Part shown: positions 23,631 through 36,976 of the stretch, in pieces
Position numbering within the stretch: position 1 is the stretch's first letter
How the letters are laid out: the number at the start of each line of letters is the position of its first letter
Source of the DNA: Azolla caroliniana
Lineage: Eukaryota > Plantae > Polypodiophyta
Assembly: GCA_043228905.1 (NCBI GenBank)
Contig: JBHGNT010000006.1
Span: 22,010,001 to 22,074,000, forward strand
Reading direction: 5' to 3'
DNA length: 64,000 bases
Position numbers and translations under genes: made by a program
Notes under the pieces: generated by a model
Databases searched by the model: none
Seen by the model: only the letters and a program-made list of their open reading frames with translations
What the model was told of the DNA's origin: nothing

Positions 23631-26600
23631 TTCACTCCGGCATGGGATGTCTGGTTAGTCCAATTCGCTTCTGGCATGCGTCCAACTTGTTGGGCGTCAG
23701 GACCTTGGTCAGCATATCTGATCCATTCTCCTCCATGTGGATCTTCGTCAGTACAAACTTTCAATCTTCCACTCGCTCCCGGATCCAATGGTACCTCCGT
23801 TGGATGTGCTTCGTTCTGGAATGATACGTTGCGTTCTTCGCAAGTTGGATGGCACTTTGACAGTCGCAATAGAGCCGGTATTCCTCTTGTCGTATCCCTA
23901 GCTCTTCGATAAAGTCCTTCATCCATAGTATTTCTTTGCCGGCTTCCACAACCACCATGTACTCCGCCTTCGTGGTTGACAACGCAACCGTCTTCTGCAA
24001 CCTGGACTGCCACGAAACAGCTTTCCCTGCATATGTCATGACATATCCGGATGTTGACCGGCTGGTATCTGCATCAGCCGACATATCCGAATTGGTGAAA
24101 CCGTCAAGTTAGGGCTTACCGGAGCCGAATCAGAGGCACATACTTGAAGTGCCTGTCAAATACCGAAGTATCCATTTTACCGCATTCTAGTTCTCCTTGT
24201 CGGGATTGCTCATAAACCGGCTCACCACTCCAACTGCGCATCCGATATCCGGTCGGGTACACACCATTGTGTACATTAAGCTCCCGACGGCAGAAGCAGA
24301 TGGTATTTTCATCATATCCGCCTTATCTGCCTTCGTTTTCGGGCTTTGCTTATTGGATAACCTGCAGTTTTCCGGGAGTGTCGATCGGACCGGTTTAGCA
24401 TGTGACATGTTGAACCGTTGAAGCACCTTTGTCACATACTTCTCCTGTGACAACCACAATTGCTTCTTTGACCGGTCCCGGATGATATGCCGGACCCAAG
24501 TCTTTCATTAACAAGGTCCGGTTCAGAGCCTTCTTCAACATCCGTATCTTGACTTGGTCTCGTCCGACGATCAACATGTCGTCCACATATGGGAGCAATA
24601 TCAGGAAGTCCCCTCCGTCGAATTTCTTCACAAATACGCAGTGATCGGTCTGCGTCTTCTGGTATCCTTGATCTGTCATGAAGGAGTCGAACTTCCGGTA
24701 CCATTGCCGGGGAGCTTGCTTCAAACCGTAGAGGCTTTCTTCAACCGGCAAACCAAGTGCTCCTTCCCTTTCTTCACAAATTCCTCTGGTTGTTGCATGT
24801 AGATCTCCTCTTCAAGGTCGCCGTGGAGGAACACCGACTTCACGCCTAACTGCTCTACCTTGAGGTCCATGCTTGCCGCTATGCTCAGCACAGTCCGGAT
24901 GGAAGTCATCTTTACTACCAAGGCAAATATCTCATCGAAGTCCACGCCCTTCTTCTGCTAGAACCCCTTCACCACGATCCTGGCTTTCTACCTTGGGGGG
25001 TTTCCGGCATCTCTCGGTTTCAACTTGTACACCCACTTATTCCGGAGTGCCCGCTTTCCTTTCGGCAACTCCACCAATTCATACATGTGGTTCTCATGTA
25101 GGGAATCCATCTCGTCCTGCATGGCACTCAACCACTTGTTGCTGTGGGTGTCCTCCTTTACTTCTTCGAAGCTTTCTGGCTCCCCCTCATAAGTTAGCAA
25201 CACATGCTCTGCATCCGGAAATCTTCGGGGGGCTCTTCTCTCTCGGAGAGGATATCTCCGACTTCAGTTTTCGGTAACCGGCTCCTACGTCTGTTCTTCA
25301 TCCGAATCTGATTCAGCTTCTTGGCCGGTTCCGGTTTCAGCTTCCTCTTCTTCTTTTGCCGGTTCGGTATCCTCACCATAACCGGCCGGTTCTTCGAGTG
25401 TCAACCGGCTCCTAGCCGAGTAGGTCTGAATCTCATCTAAGAGATCCTTACCGGGCGACTTAGAGTTCATTATCTTCTTCTCCGACTCCCAGTCGGCAAG
25501 GGTCTTATCCTCCATGAAGATAATATCTCAACTCCGGAACACCTTATTGTCGATGGGGTCCCACACTAGGTAGCCGAACTCATTATTGCCGTATCCGAGG
25601 AATATGCAGGGCCGAGACTTTGGATCCAACTTTGCTCTCCGGTCCTTTGCAACATGCATGTAAGCGAGACACCTGAAAACCTTCAGATGCCGGTAAGACA
25701 CTTCCTTACCGGTCCACTCTCTGCAGCATGTCTCCATCCAAGGGCATTGAGGGTGATTTGTTTATCACGTACGTCATTGTCCCCGGTGCCTCAGCCCAAA
25801 ACGTCTTGGGTAACTTTGCATCTTCTAGCATACTCCGGACCCTCTCCATTATGGTCTGGTTCATCCTCTCGGCCAGCCCATTTAGTTCCGGCGTCTTTGG
25901 CATGGTAAATTCGAGTTGGATTCCCTTTGAGCAACAATACTCCTCAGATTGCCCCCCGTATTCGCCTCCGTTATCTGCTTGAACCACCTTCAGCTTCCGG
26001 CCGGTTTCTCTTTCCACTCTCGCGTAGAGCTCCTTGAAGACGGATAACACCTAATCCTTCATCTTCAACGGTGTGGCCCACAGCTTCCGGCCGTGGTCGT
26101 CTATGAACGTCATGAAGTACTACGCTCCGGCATGTGACTTCGTGTCCACTTGACACACATCGGTATGCACCAACTCCAATGGTGCATTACATCTCATCGG
26201 TGGCCTTGATCAGAAGCGGGTCCGGTTTTGCTTACCGGCCAAATAGTCGGTGCACCTCTCAAGATGCACGTTCTTCACCAGAATGAGGTTGTCATCGGCA
26301 AGCCTCTTCATCCCCTTCTCGCTCATGTGACACAGTCTCTTGTGCCACATCTGACCAGCAGTGTCGGAAGCAACATTCACTTCTTCCGAGCATAACCAGG
26401 CATTCATCAAGTATAGTGTGTTGACCTTCGAGGCCCGAGCTACTATCAGGTTCCCCTTGCTGAACTTCATGACACCGTTCTGGATACTACCCATGTAGCC
26501 TTCATCATCTAGCCGACCGGCTGATATCAGGTTCAATCGAACCTCCGGAACGTGTCAGACATCCTTCAACAACAACTTGCATCCGGTTGGTGTTGTCAAC

Positions 26601-27652
26601 CACACCTCTCTTATGCCAACAATTCGGCATGTACCTTCATTCCCCATCCGGACATAGCCGTGATCATTGGCCGTGTAGGATGAGAAGCATTTCCAATCCG
26701 AGGTCAGGTGGAACGACGCTCCGGAATCGACAACCCATGTTGTCTCATCGGCGGCAAGGTTCAACTCACTCTCCTCGGTGATGAGCATCATCTCCTCTTC
26801 ACTTGCCGTGATTGCCGTCATTCCCTTCCGGTCTGATCCCCTCCGGTCTTTACTGTTCTGGTCCGGTGACTGCTTCAAATCGGTACTGTTGGTTTCCTTG
26901 TCTTTCTGGAAATGCTGACAGTTCTTCTGGAAGTGCCCTAACTTGTCACAATAGAAGCAAGTGGGCCTCCCCCTTGACTTTGACTGTGTCCCCGACTTTT
27001 CCCGGTTCTGGGAACTACGGTTCCTTTGTCTTCCGCGTTCCAATTCGGTAAGGAGAGATTTGGAGTCGGAACTAGTATCCTTGTCTTTCCGACACGCCTC
27101 CTCATCCAGCAAGCTCGACTTGACTCTTGCTAGGGATAACTCTCTTCCTTCCGGCCCGGCGTTGCCCAAAGTGACAACTAACGTCTCCCAACTATCTGGG
27201 AGGGAACCGAGCAGGAGCAATGTTAGTACCTCATCGGCAAGAGGTACTGCCAACGATGTTGCCTAGTGAATCAGCCCCTGGAAGGCATTCATGTGCTCCG
27301 CCATGCTGGAGCCATCTTGGTACCGGAGCCTCACCAGCTTCTGAAATACCAAAACCTGATTTACAACATTTTTGTTCTGAAACATAATGTTGATCTTCTC
27401 CCAGAGCTCATGAGCCTTGCTCTTATCAATGAAGTTGTTGTACATGCTCATGTCGATGAAGCACTGTATGTACGTCGTTGTCTTCATATGCATCACCTCC
27501 CATATCGTAGCATCGATCTTGTCCGGTCTCTTGTCCTCAAACTAAACCGGCAACCAAAGATCTTTAACCACGAGTATGTCCCTCATCTTCGACTTCCACA
27601 CTGAGTAGTTGGAGCCGGTGAGCTTGAACATGCCTCCCAACGAATCGTCCAT
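23631..27652 (-). pseudogene. Copia gag-pol polyprotein, multiple stops and frameshifts
   Basis: Colinear ORF fragments closely matching the near-intact proteins at 53316-56492 and 59321-61783. Confidence 0.9.
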
Positions 27653-27956
27653 TTTTCTGTGTGTTCGCTCTGATCCCAGATTAACAGGAACTGTGCGGAA
27701 TAATCTTCGGCCACAACCGAGACTTTGGTCACTTCAATGATAATCAAACACAAAAAGATGAGAAATGGAAGTAAGTATACAAACAGAAGAGAGTGTGCAG
27801 GATGTTAATGTGTAAAACCCTAAATGGGAAAAACCACGGGAGTCCACAAACTCCAACGATCATTATATCGAGAGGAATACAACAGGTGACCAAAGGGGCA
27901 ACAACCTCTTGCTCACAATCTTTGCCTGGCGGCAGTTACAACACAAACTCGCTCTG

Positions 27957-28014
<58 letters not shown>

Positions 28015-28454
28015 CAGTAGTTAACCATAACACTATACAAAATAAATGACAACACCCTAAGTGTTTGCCCTAGGTCATATTTATACTTATATGACATTAG
28101 GACTATTTACAGATATAGCCTCAATGGGCTCACAGAAACATATTTACATATATGTCCCTTCATCCGGTGAGAGGTTCTCACCAGGCCTGCGTCATTCGGT
28201 TCTCACCGGTGTCGCGAAAATACGACGAGGATACGGGAACATGAGGCAGGACCCCGGGGCCTCCGACCGGAAGATATCAGATTTGTGTGTTTATATTTTT
28301 AACAATTAACGGAAATAAGAAATTTAATAATTTTCATTAACAAAGGAAAAGAAAGATTACAATGAATCTCAAGATTGAGATTACAAAAAGTTTAAGTAAT
28401 GGAGATTACTAGAGTAATAGATAAGAGGAAATTAAGATATGAATTCTATAGAAA

Positions 28455-28625
28455 ATTAGGGTTTTTGGCTTCCGTAGGGAAAATTAGGGTTTTTGAGTGT
28501 TATGGCTTCCGTAGGGAAGATTAGGGTTTTTGAGTGTTATGGTTTCCATAGGGAAGATTAGGGTTTATGGCTTTCGTAAGGAAATTTAGGGTTTATGGCT
28601 TCCGTAAGGAAATTAGGGTTTATGA
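28455..28625 (+). repeat. 29-39 bp tandem repeat with a TTAGGGTTT (telomere-like) core
   Basis: ttagggttt...ggcttccgtagggaa repeated about six times. Confidence 0.75.
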
Positions 28626-28939
28626 GAGATATGGCTCTGATAAGATAAGGGAGCTGAGAAGGAAAAGAAAATTAATGGGGAGAGAGTGAGTGTAAAAAAA
28701 AGATGGAATTTTATATAGAGTTCTCCCTTGATCATCTGCATGTCCACTTTTTGTTGCATGGCCTCTACTTTTAGTTGCTTAGCTTTTTCTTTTAGTTGCA
28801 TGCGACCATCCACATGACCTTTACTTTAGTTTTCTTCACTTCACTTTAATTAGCCACATGATCCTTTTATCCGTTCGGTTTGCGTCCAGCCTCATCTAGT
28901 CGCCAGTTCCGTTCAGTCGCCGATTGTCGCCGCCTCTGA

Positions 28940-29180
28940 TTTTCTTACCGACCGATTTTCGGTTATGCTTACCGGCTGATTTCCGATTTTGCTTATCGGC
29001 CGGTTCCCGGTTTTGCTTACCAGCCCGTTCCGGATTGCTTACCGGCCGTTTTGGATTGTTTCCCGACCGGTTTCAGTTTGCTTCCCTGCTGGTTTCCGGT
29101 TTTGCTTACCGGCCAGTTTCCAGTTTTGCTTACCGATGGCCGGTTTCCGATTTTGTTTACTAACAACCAGTTTCCGGTTT
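28940..29180 (+). repeat. ~20-bp CCGG-rich tandem repeat
   Basis: Variants of ttccggttttgcttaccggc, about 10 copies. Confidence 0.75.
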
Positions 29181-30462
29181 TTGGGAACTTAGCCACCAGC
29201 ATCTATCAAGACAAAGTGGCCAAAGTGCTCTTAGCACAAATGAAAATGAGGGGTCTCAAAGTGCTTATATAGCCAGGGCCTTAAGTTTCCTATCTATGTG
29301 GGATAAATCATAGTTCTTTTTTCCCTATCTTCTCAAACATCCATCTTTCTATAACATGCCATTAAGCTAATATAAAGTACTTATTTTATTATTTATTATT
29401 ATTTTTTACATAGTGTGAGAATATTCACACGACACCGGGTCTTCATCATCCCATCCGGAGGGACGAAGTTCTAACAAGAGTTTATATTAAGTGGACCAAG
29501 GATAACATGGCCACAACTTCTTCAATTATCTCCCACATTACGAAAGGAGTGGGGAAAGTTTACAAGTATTCGCCAAAGCCGAAAGACCGTGCATTATGTG
29601 GGGATCGTGTGAGTAGAAGATCAAAAGGACATATGGCCAACCATCCCCTTCTCCATCAAGGGGTTTCACATCAAAGATGTCTTGGTTGATAGTGGTGTTA
29701 GGGTAAGCTTGATTTCAAAATTTGTAGTAAACAAAGTGGGAATTCCTATTAGTCGGTCATCTTTAACAACAGTGGTTGTAGCAAATGGTGTAGTGGCACA
29801 TTGTATTAGCATAGTGGTAGAGTGTTTCAGAATAAGAGGAGAAGATGATATCAAACACTGCATCAAGTTGAAGGAAAGTATACCAATTTCCCTAAAACTT
29901 AGGCAATTGGGTGTTTACATAAGGAAGACATTGTTGCAAATACATTGCAATTATAAGCTGGAGGATTTTAAGTGTGTGTCACGTATGGTCTTCGTTCCAA
30001 AGAAGAATGAGATCGATTTGAAACACTTGATTGATTCAACCAAACAAGACCAATTTTCACTTCCTTTCCGAGATGAGATTCTAGATCAGATGGTCATTTA
30101 TACAAAACAAGGTAGTGTGGAGAATGTGGTGTGCCAAGAAAGATTTCATGTGGATGAATCAAAGTTCGACATAATTTAACATATGACAATTGCAACAAAT
30201 CCCGAAGCTTTGAAGGTATTATTGCAGAAGGTTTGCTCGCTCGAAGGATTCATTCATATGTTGACCCCTCCAGAGTAGTATATCACTAATGCCTCAGGCC
30301 CCTCCGGAGAGGGGCCCTCTCCGCCTTTCACCTAAGCTGCGTCGGAATATCGAGAATAGTTGTTTTCTCTATCTAAAAAGATTTTAGTATCAAAATATTA
30401 TTGATCACACGATCGAAGGGTTCTGTCTAAGGAGAAAGCATCTCCCTAGGTAGAGGCGGACA

Positions 30463-30663
30463 ATAAGCTTTTATTTCACATTTGGAGAGGAAAGTTATTA
30501 AGTAATTTTAAATGTAAGCTTTATAGCTCTGTTAGTTATAGTACTTGTTTCCTAAGCGAGAAGTCTTGAGTTTAACTCCCAATGAAAGCAAACACTTTGT
30601 TTATTTAATATTTAAGTCATTCCATGGAAAGTAGTAGATAGAAGCCAATTGTTGTGTTTACGT
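30463..30663 (+). repeat. tRNA-Thr-derived array, block 3, with a CGT-type tRNA pseudogene at 30518-30590
   Basis: Same unit; tRNA copy heavily mutated (anticodon CCT). Confidence 0.85.
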
Positions 30664-31299
30664 TGTCGCGTTACTACGCGCGTGCGTGGAGAAACGAGGC
30701 GGGACCACCGGGGTCTTGAACCGAAGAGCAGCTGATAGGAGGGGAAAGAGAAAGAGAGAGACGACCGGTAACGTATGAGCAAAGAGACACAGGGGCACGG
30801 CCCGTCAACACAGAAAACACGAATGGACAGAGAGACACGAATGATTGTATATTAACAAACGACACAAAACAACAGAGCACGCGAGCGGTTACAACCGAAC
30901 AGGCCGGCGAATAGATGACGATGCCTGTTCGTCTGCACACGAAAGGGGATAGGATGGAGGTGCTGCCGGAAGCACACAGGCGTTCCTCGAAGCAATGCGA
31001 GCCTCCCGAAATCCTGCAGAGAAGAGCGATGGAGAATGAACAGAGGAGAAGCGTTCGGTTACGGTCTGACAACACTTCGTCCTCCTAAATGCGCTATCCC
31101 CCCTTCTCCCCGCGTCTCCCTTTCTTTTATAGCTTCAGGAAGGGAGCCGTCTCCCTCATTTACTTCCTACCTACCGAATCTAACTACCCCTGGATATGCC
31201 CATGTACCTAATTCCCTATTATATACATTAAAGGGCGCGCACGCGTGAAGAGCCAGTTCACGCACGCTATACACCGATTGCACTAAGGGGCGGTTTTCT

Positions 31300-32790
31300 T
31301 CACGACATCCGCCCCCACCTAACCGCGCATCCACCGGTATGCACCAAAATTGTGCTCTGGTTGGAGAAAACCGGTCCGAGTTTCGGTTCTTCGTCTATCG
31401 GTTCGTCCTCCGTTTCAAACTGTTCATCGTCGCTGTCCAGGCCTCTTAGATCCGGTTCACCGTTGTGGCGCTTCTTGAACGCTTTGATCCGCTTCCCTGC
31501 TACCGGTATCACCATCCTCGTTCTGTCGAGTTCCGCCAGGTGATACGTCCCGTTGTCGTTGGCGCTCGTTACCACGTAAGGCCCGAACCACCGCTTTGCA
31601 AACTTCCGTGTTGCCCGGTGCTGGTTGTCGAGGTTGTTGTCGTAGACTAGCACCCAGTCGCCTTCCTCGATTTTCTTTGGTCGGAGCCGGTGCGTTCTGT
31701 TGAACCGGGCTTTGTTCCTCATCCTCGCCGTCCGAAGTCTCTCCGCCGCTCGTTCCACGTCCTCTGGCCTCCGCTCGAGCTGCCGTATACGCGCCGCTAG
31801 CAGTTCTTCCCGGCTCATCTCGTCTCTCCAGTTCACTGTCGCCCAAGAGGAGATCGTCCGTTCCATCGGCATGATCGGCTTCTGTCCGAACATGAGCTCT
31901 GACGGCATGAACCCGGTTACCGAACTATGTGTTGTCCTGTCCGCCCACAAGGCATAAGGTAACAGTCGTGGTCAGTTCCCGACCTGGCCTCCGCATGCCC
32001 GGACTAACGCTTTGACGATCGGTCCGTGTCCGCGCTCCACCTTCCCGTTCGCCTCCGGATTGTACGCTGTGGTGAGCGAGAGCTTAACCCCTAACCGGTC
32101 GAACAACTCCTCGGCCTCTTCAGCGTCCAACTCCCCGCGGTCGGCCACGATCTTCCCGACGCACCCGTATCGGCATATCACGTCCTCGATCAGGAACCGA
32201 CACATGGCCGCGGTCGTTTTGTTCTGCAGGGCTCGGCCTTCCACCTGGTTCGTCAGGTCCTCCCGGGCCAGCACCAGATATCGCATCTGCCCTACGCCCA
32301 TCGGCATCGTCACCAAATCTACCATCCATTTGAAGTGGATGGCCGGAGGGTATGTAGGGTGAAGCTCGTCCCGATGTCGGAATATGGAGTGTATCTGACA
32401 GCTCTCACAAGTCATCACGAACCGATGCACGTCCCGGTACAGTCCTGGCCACTAGTACTTCCCCTTTAGTTTCTCGAACGTGGCCCACGTCCCACGGTGT
32501 CCAGCCCAGGGGCTGTCGTGGTAGGCCTTCAGTAACTCCTCTTGTTCCTCCTTCATCGCCACTACTCGGAGCGGGATGCCGTTTCTCTTCTTTGGGTGCT
32601 TCCACAAGTATCCGTCCTGGAGAAAGAATCGGTACGCTTTCTTCCGGATCCGGTTGGCCTCGTCCTGTGTTCATGACGCGTCCGGCGTCATCATCCTTAA
32701 GAATCCTCCAATCTGCAGCCACTCCCCATCGTACTTGCTTTCGTTAAAATCGTTAAGCGCCGGAGTGCTCCCCCCCTCGGTTGTTACGTA
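31300..32790 (-). pseudogene. Integrase (HHCC region, core and GPY/F motif) of the 30664 Gypsy
   Basis: HDSPWAGHRG, CESCQ, VDLVTMP, ADRGE, YNPEANGKVERGH, WFGPYVV; in-frame stops. Confidence 0.88.
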
Positions 32791-32807
32791 AGCCGCCTCG
32801 AAGAAGT

Positions 32808-34694
32808 TCACGCCGACTTCCTCGTCCTCCGAAACCATGCCGCCTCGAAGAAGTTCACGCCGACTTCCTCGTCCTCCGAAACCATGCCGCCCTCGTCGTC
32901 GAATCGCGCCCTCGAAAGCATGTCGGCCATGGCATTATCTTTCCCGGAAATGTGTCGTATTTCCGGATCCAGGGACTTGATGTACGCTATCCACCTGAGC
33001 ATTGCCAGGTCCGGGGTTGCGCATCCGGAAACCATGCCGAGAATCGGCAGGCAGTCCGTCTCGATAATCACCTCTGTCCCGATCAGATAGTCTTTATCGG
33101 CCTTCACCGCCGAAACGATACCCCAGAGTTCGCGTTTAACCTGGGCGTATCCTCGCTATCGCTCGCTCAGGACCTTCGCACCGAACCAGATTGGGAACCG
33201 AATGCCGTCCTCATCTTCTTGGTTGACAACCCATCCGATCCCGGTCGGACTCGTATCTACCGTTATGTAGACGGGAGTGCCTTTCTCGTAGACAGCCTTC
33301 CGGAGTGCCAGAGCTGCAGCAAGAGCCTCTTTCATCTTTCGGACCGACTCCGTATGCTCGTTTCGCCACTCGAATTTTCGCCCCTTTTTCAGCAACCCGT
33401 ATAGCGGCTCGGCAACGTGGGCGTAATGCGGGATCCATATGTGGTAGAACGCGCATGCTCCCAAGAACCTCCGTACCTCCGTGACCGAGTTACAGTCGGG
33501 CTTCATTGCGGAGATGGCTTCCACCTTAGCCGGAGACGGTTTCCGGCCATACGGTCCGCATAGATGTCCGACGACCATGATCTCCGATTGCCTGAAGGCA
33601 GATTTCTCCCCGGAGAAGGTGAACCTTGCATCCTCTAGCCTCTGCAGCACCCTCTCGCAGTCGTCAATGTGTGTCGCCACGAATTTCCGGCATCTGACCG
33701 GTCCGATCGTTTCGTCCTTTTCCTCCACCAGACATCCCTTGATCGGGATGTCGTCCAAGAATGGCATGGTGATGTCCGGGATGCAATCCCTCAGCACCTT
33801 GTTCATCGCATTCACCATGTGGGCCACCGAGTTCGTCCCTCCTTGTGGCAGGGTACACATCCGCACTAGGCCGAGAGGAGTCCGCATCGTCGTAATGTCT
33901 CTGCTCTCTACGGCTAGTTGGAACTGATCGTACCCCGAGTACAGATCACCGACCGAATAGATCGACCTTCCGGCGAAGGCCTCTGCGAACTCGTCTATCA
34001 TTGGTCCAATTCCTGCGTTCCGAATGGTCACTCTGTTGACCGGTTGCAGGTCTTGAATGAAGCGCAACGTCCCGTTCTTCTTCGGTACAGTAAACCACCG
34101 GTTCGAGTACGGGGCACTCGACGGTTCGAGGATGCCCATATCGACTTTCTGCCTTAACAGCTCCATCAGCTCCGGGATGTGAGCTCTTGGTACCGGAATT
34201 GGTTTGAGATTCCACGGCACATGCGGTACCGTGAATATCACCATCGGCTTCACGACCGTCGGGTCTACACACCCGATCTCTCCCGGTGAGAATACGAAGG
34301 CTTTCCCGTGCCTTCCGAGCATTCTTCGAAATCGGTCTTCTTCCACTGGTAGTAGGAACCCGCCCCCACCGATTTTGAGCTCCCATAGCGTTCTGTCGGT
34401 GAAGGCGTGTCCTATGCAGGCCGGATCTCGTAAACTGGAGTCCGACGCGAGCCCCTTGATTCGCAATTCACTGCCCTCCGGTAAGGGTGCCGCGACTGGC
34501 CTTACCTTCCGGTCCACAGTCTTGTACTTCGTGTTAACCCGGGCCGTCCGATCCGACTCGAGCCCTCGACTGAAGTCCGCAATGACTTCATACATCTCTT
34601 CTGAACAAACTGGTATCGTCCGGTCCTCTTTAAGGCCCTCTCCGACCACCTCTCGCAGTATTCCCAAGGTATCGTCGAAGGAGACCGCCTCCAC
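32808..34694 (-). pseudogene. Reverse transcriptase and RNase H of the 30664 Gypsy
   Basis: SAPYSNRWFTVPKKNG, DLYSGYDQ, LPQGGTNS, PFLDDIPI, VDTSPTGIG, ETDCLP. Confidence 0.9.
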
Positions 34695-34822
34695 GGCTCC
34701 GTTGATTTCCTCGCTGGGCCCGAGAACTCCGCACGCCCGCAGTCACTCTTCCGCCCTTGTCCTTTCTCGGCCTATGACGCCGACTATCGTACACCCTCCG
34801 TTGTCGGAGAAACAAAACTTCC

Positions 34823-35792
34823 TACTTATGGTACAAGGATTCTTTGGTTTCGCTTTTATCGTACATTTGTGGGGTTTTCCTGGAGTGTCCGGACTGTCGC
34901 GGCCCCATGCCTTGGCAGCCCTCTCAAAAAATCCTCTCGGTTCTCGCCACCGAGGGACTCACGGTTTCGCTCGTGGTTGGGTCGTACCGTTAGGAACTGG
35001 ACTGAATGACGCCCATCTTGGCTCTTGACCCTCGCGTAAGCCGACCCGTTGTCTAGCACCTTGGTCTCCATTCGCGCCGCCGTAATGTACGGTTCCCCTA
35101 GAATGACCGGGTGCGAGGACGTTTCTTGCACAAAGAAGTGTTGGTCTATTTCGACGTCGCCGATCTTGACTCGTACGTTTGGGCAGGCCCCGTGTAGTTC
35201 CTCGGTGGCGCGCGTCGCCACCCATATCTTCCACCCGTGCTTAGTGTTGATTGGCCATTTCCCCTTTTTGCAGAAATCCATGGACATAAGGTTTATTTCC
35301 GAACCGTTTACTTATGGTACAAGGTTTCTTCGGTTTCGCCTCTCTCGTACATTTGTGGGGTTTTCCCGGAGTGTCTGGACTGTCGCGGCCCCACGCCTTG
35401 ATAGCCCTCTCTAAAAATCCTCTCGGTTCTTGCCACCGAGGGACTCGCGGTTTCGCTCGTGGTTCGGTCACACCGTCAGGAACTAGACCGAATGACGCCC
35501 GTCCTGACTCTTGACCCTCACGTAAGCTGACCCGTTGTCCAGCACCTTGGTCTCCATCCGCGCTGCCGTAATGTACGGTTCTCCCAGTATGACCGGGTGC
35601 AAGGACGTCTCTTGCACAAAGAAGTGTTGGTCTATCTCAACGTCGCCGATCTTGGCTCGCACGTTTGGGCAGGCCGCATGTAGCTCCTCGGTGGCGCGCG
35701 TCGCCGCCCGTATCTTCCACCCGTGCTTGGTGTTGATTGGCCATTTCCCCTTCTTGTAGAAGTCCATGGACATCAGGTTTATTTCCGAACCG
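34823..35792 (-). repeat. ~486-bp tandem duplication of the protease C-terminus and frameshift region
   Basis: 34823-35307 is nearly identical to 35309-35792; the protease active site VDHGSE is at ~35790. Confidence 0.88.
35355..35420 (-). promoter_or_regulatory. Putative -1 ribosomal frameshift signal (G GAU UUU plus H-type pseudoknot)
   Basis: The zero frame ends ENREDF*; the -1 frame continues GFLERA.. towards RT. Stem 1 gggct(a/g)(t/c)c pairs with gacagtcc; stem 2 gtgggg pairs with ccccac. Duplicate at ~34869-34934. Confidence 0.6.
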
Positions 35793-36976
35793 TGGTCAAC
35801 CAGCGCCACCACCGGTTCCTGAACATCTCCGATCTTCACCGGGGTTTCCGTGGTCGCTCGGGCCTAGTGTGGCCTCGAATAGTGGCTCTCTACCCACTCA
35901 TCTTCCATCGCCATGTCCTCCATGTGCGTCGTCCGCACCTCCACCGGCCTTTCCGGTTCTGCCTCCGTCGACAGCCTCTTCCTCTTCACCAAGTCTACGA
36001 TGGAGTCGTGGAACTCCTTCTTGGCGATTCCGAGCACCTCCCGCAACGATAATTCCACCTTGCTGTCGAGGATTCATTCTTCCAGGACCTTTCGTAGGTC
36101 TGTGGTCCTTTCGATCTTCGTGCCCAAACGGTATCCGCCCTTCTTGCAGTCATCCTGGGCACTGGACTCACTGGCCTCGTTCCGTTTCGGCCCGAATCGG
36201 GTTTCGTATCTCGGTGAGGGTCCAGCCCCTCCGGTTTTACCTACCCGTTTGTCTTCAACCAGAGCCTCGTAGTTCTGGCAAGCTACTTCGACGAACCCCG
36301 TCTTTTCTTCGACCGGGTCACTCCACCCGGTTACCTCCTGGACCCGCTTCTCCACGCGGTCCGCCTCGTCTTTCTTTAGTCGGGCACCGGTGAGGCCTTC
36401 CAGCACCGTCGGCCAGAACCCGGCTTTGCTCTCCTTCCGGGCCTCGCTGCCTCCGACCCGAATGCCGGCTGACGCTGAGTAGTGGACGGTCTCCGCGTGC
36501 CGGCCGCCGCCTCTTCCATCTGTTACCCGTTCCTTTGGGTGAACACCTTCGATAGATCTGCGTCTATCGGTCTTCAAGGGCGTGGTACGTGAAGGCTCGT
36601 ATAGAGGCGTCGAGAGAGATACAGGGCTCAGAGAGAAAACACTAGCGAGGTTTTGATAGACGTGGCGGCGTGAAACTCATAGGTATAGATCAAATCACAG
36701 ACTCATGCAGCAAAATAGGCACAATTAAAATATATTAGTATGGCAGAAAAGGATTACAGAACACGGCTTATGGCCAGTGACCTTACGAGTTTATCTACTT
36801 CGAATGACTAAGCTAGTGCTTCCGCCTATAATTTTCTTCTCTCCCTTTCTGAGGTACTTTTTCTCGTTTAAATAACTTTTCCCCTTACACACAGCCGAGC
36901 CATCGGTGGCCCGTGATACTCGGACTCGGCGTTTGCTAATTTCCTAATTTTACATTTCTGTCCTCTGGACAACACC

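Larger units (their letters stand above)
28210..29434. mobile_element. Solo LTR (TGTCG...CGACA) inside the Copia A 5' LTR
   Basis: 4-bp TSD CCGG; the host LTR resumes after it. Confidence 0.85.
23078..29476 (-). mobile_element. Tnt1/Tork-like Copia retrotransposon (family A): 3' LTR 23078-23621, 5' LTR 27682-29476 (interrupted)
   Basis: TSD AGAGT. iMet-type PBS at 27667-27678. PPT at 23622-23634. Fragmented gag-pol (WVVDSGASFH, ADNGGEY, YVDDMLI, TKHIQRRYH). Confidence 0.92.
15471..30462 (+). mobile_element. Degenerate Gypsy relic, copy 2, carrying two nested Copia elements and an internal duplication
   Basis: Starts tgtgaaag after gtaag and ends ggaca before ataag (possible 5-bp TSD with 1 mismatch); the array rejoins in register. 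20262-22325 matches copy 1. 22325-23077 re-duplicates the gag segment. The right end is not obviously homologous to the left LTR. Confidence 0.65.

Noticed and set aside
28455-28625. Interstitial telomere
   Set aside because: The motifs are single copies within 29-39 bp units inside an LTR, not (TTTAGGG)n.
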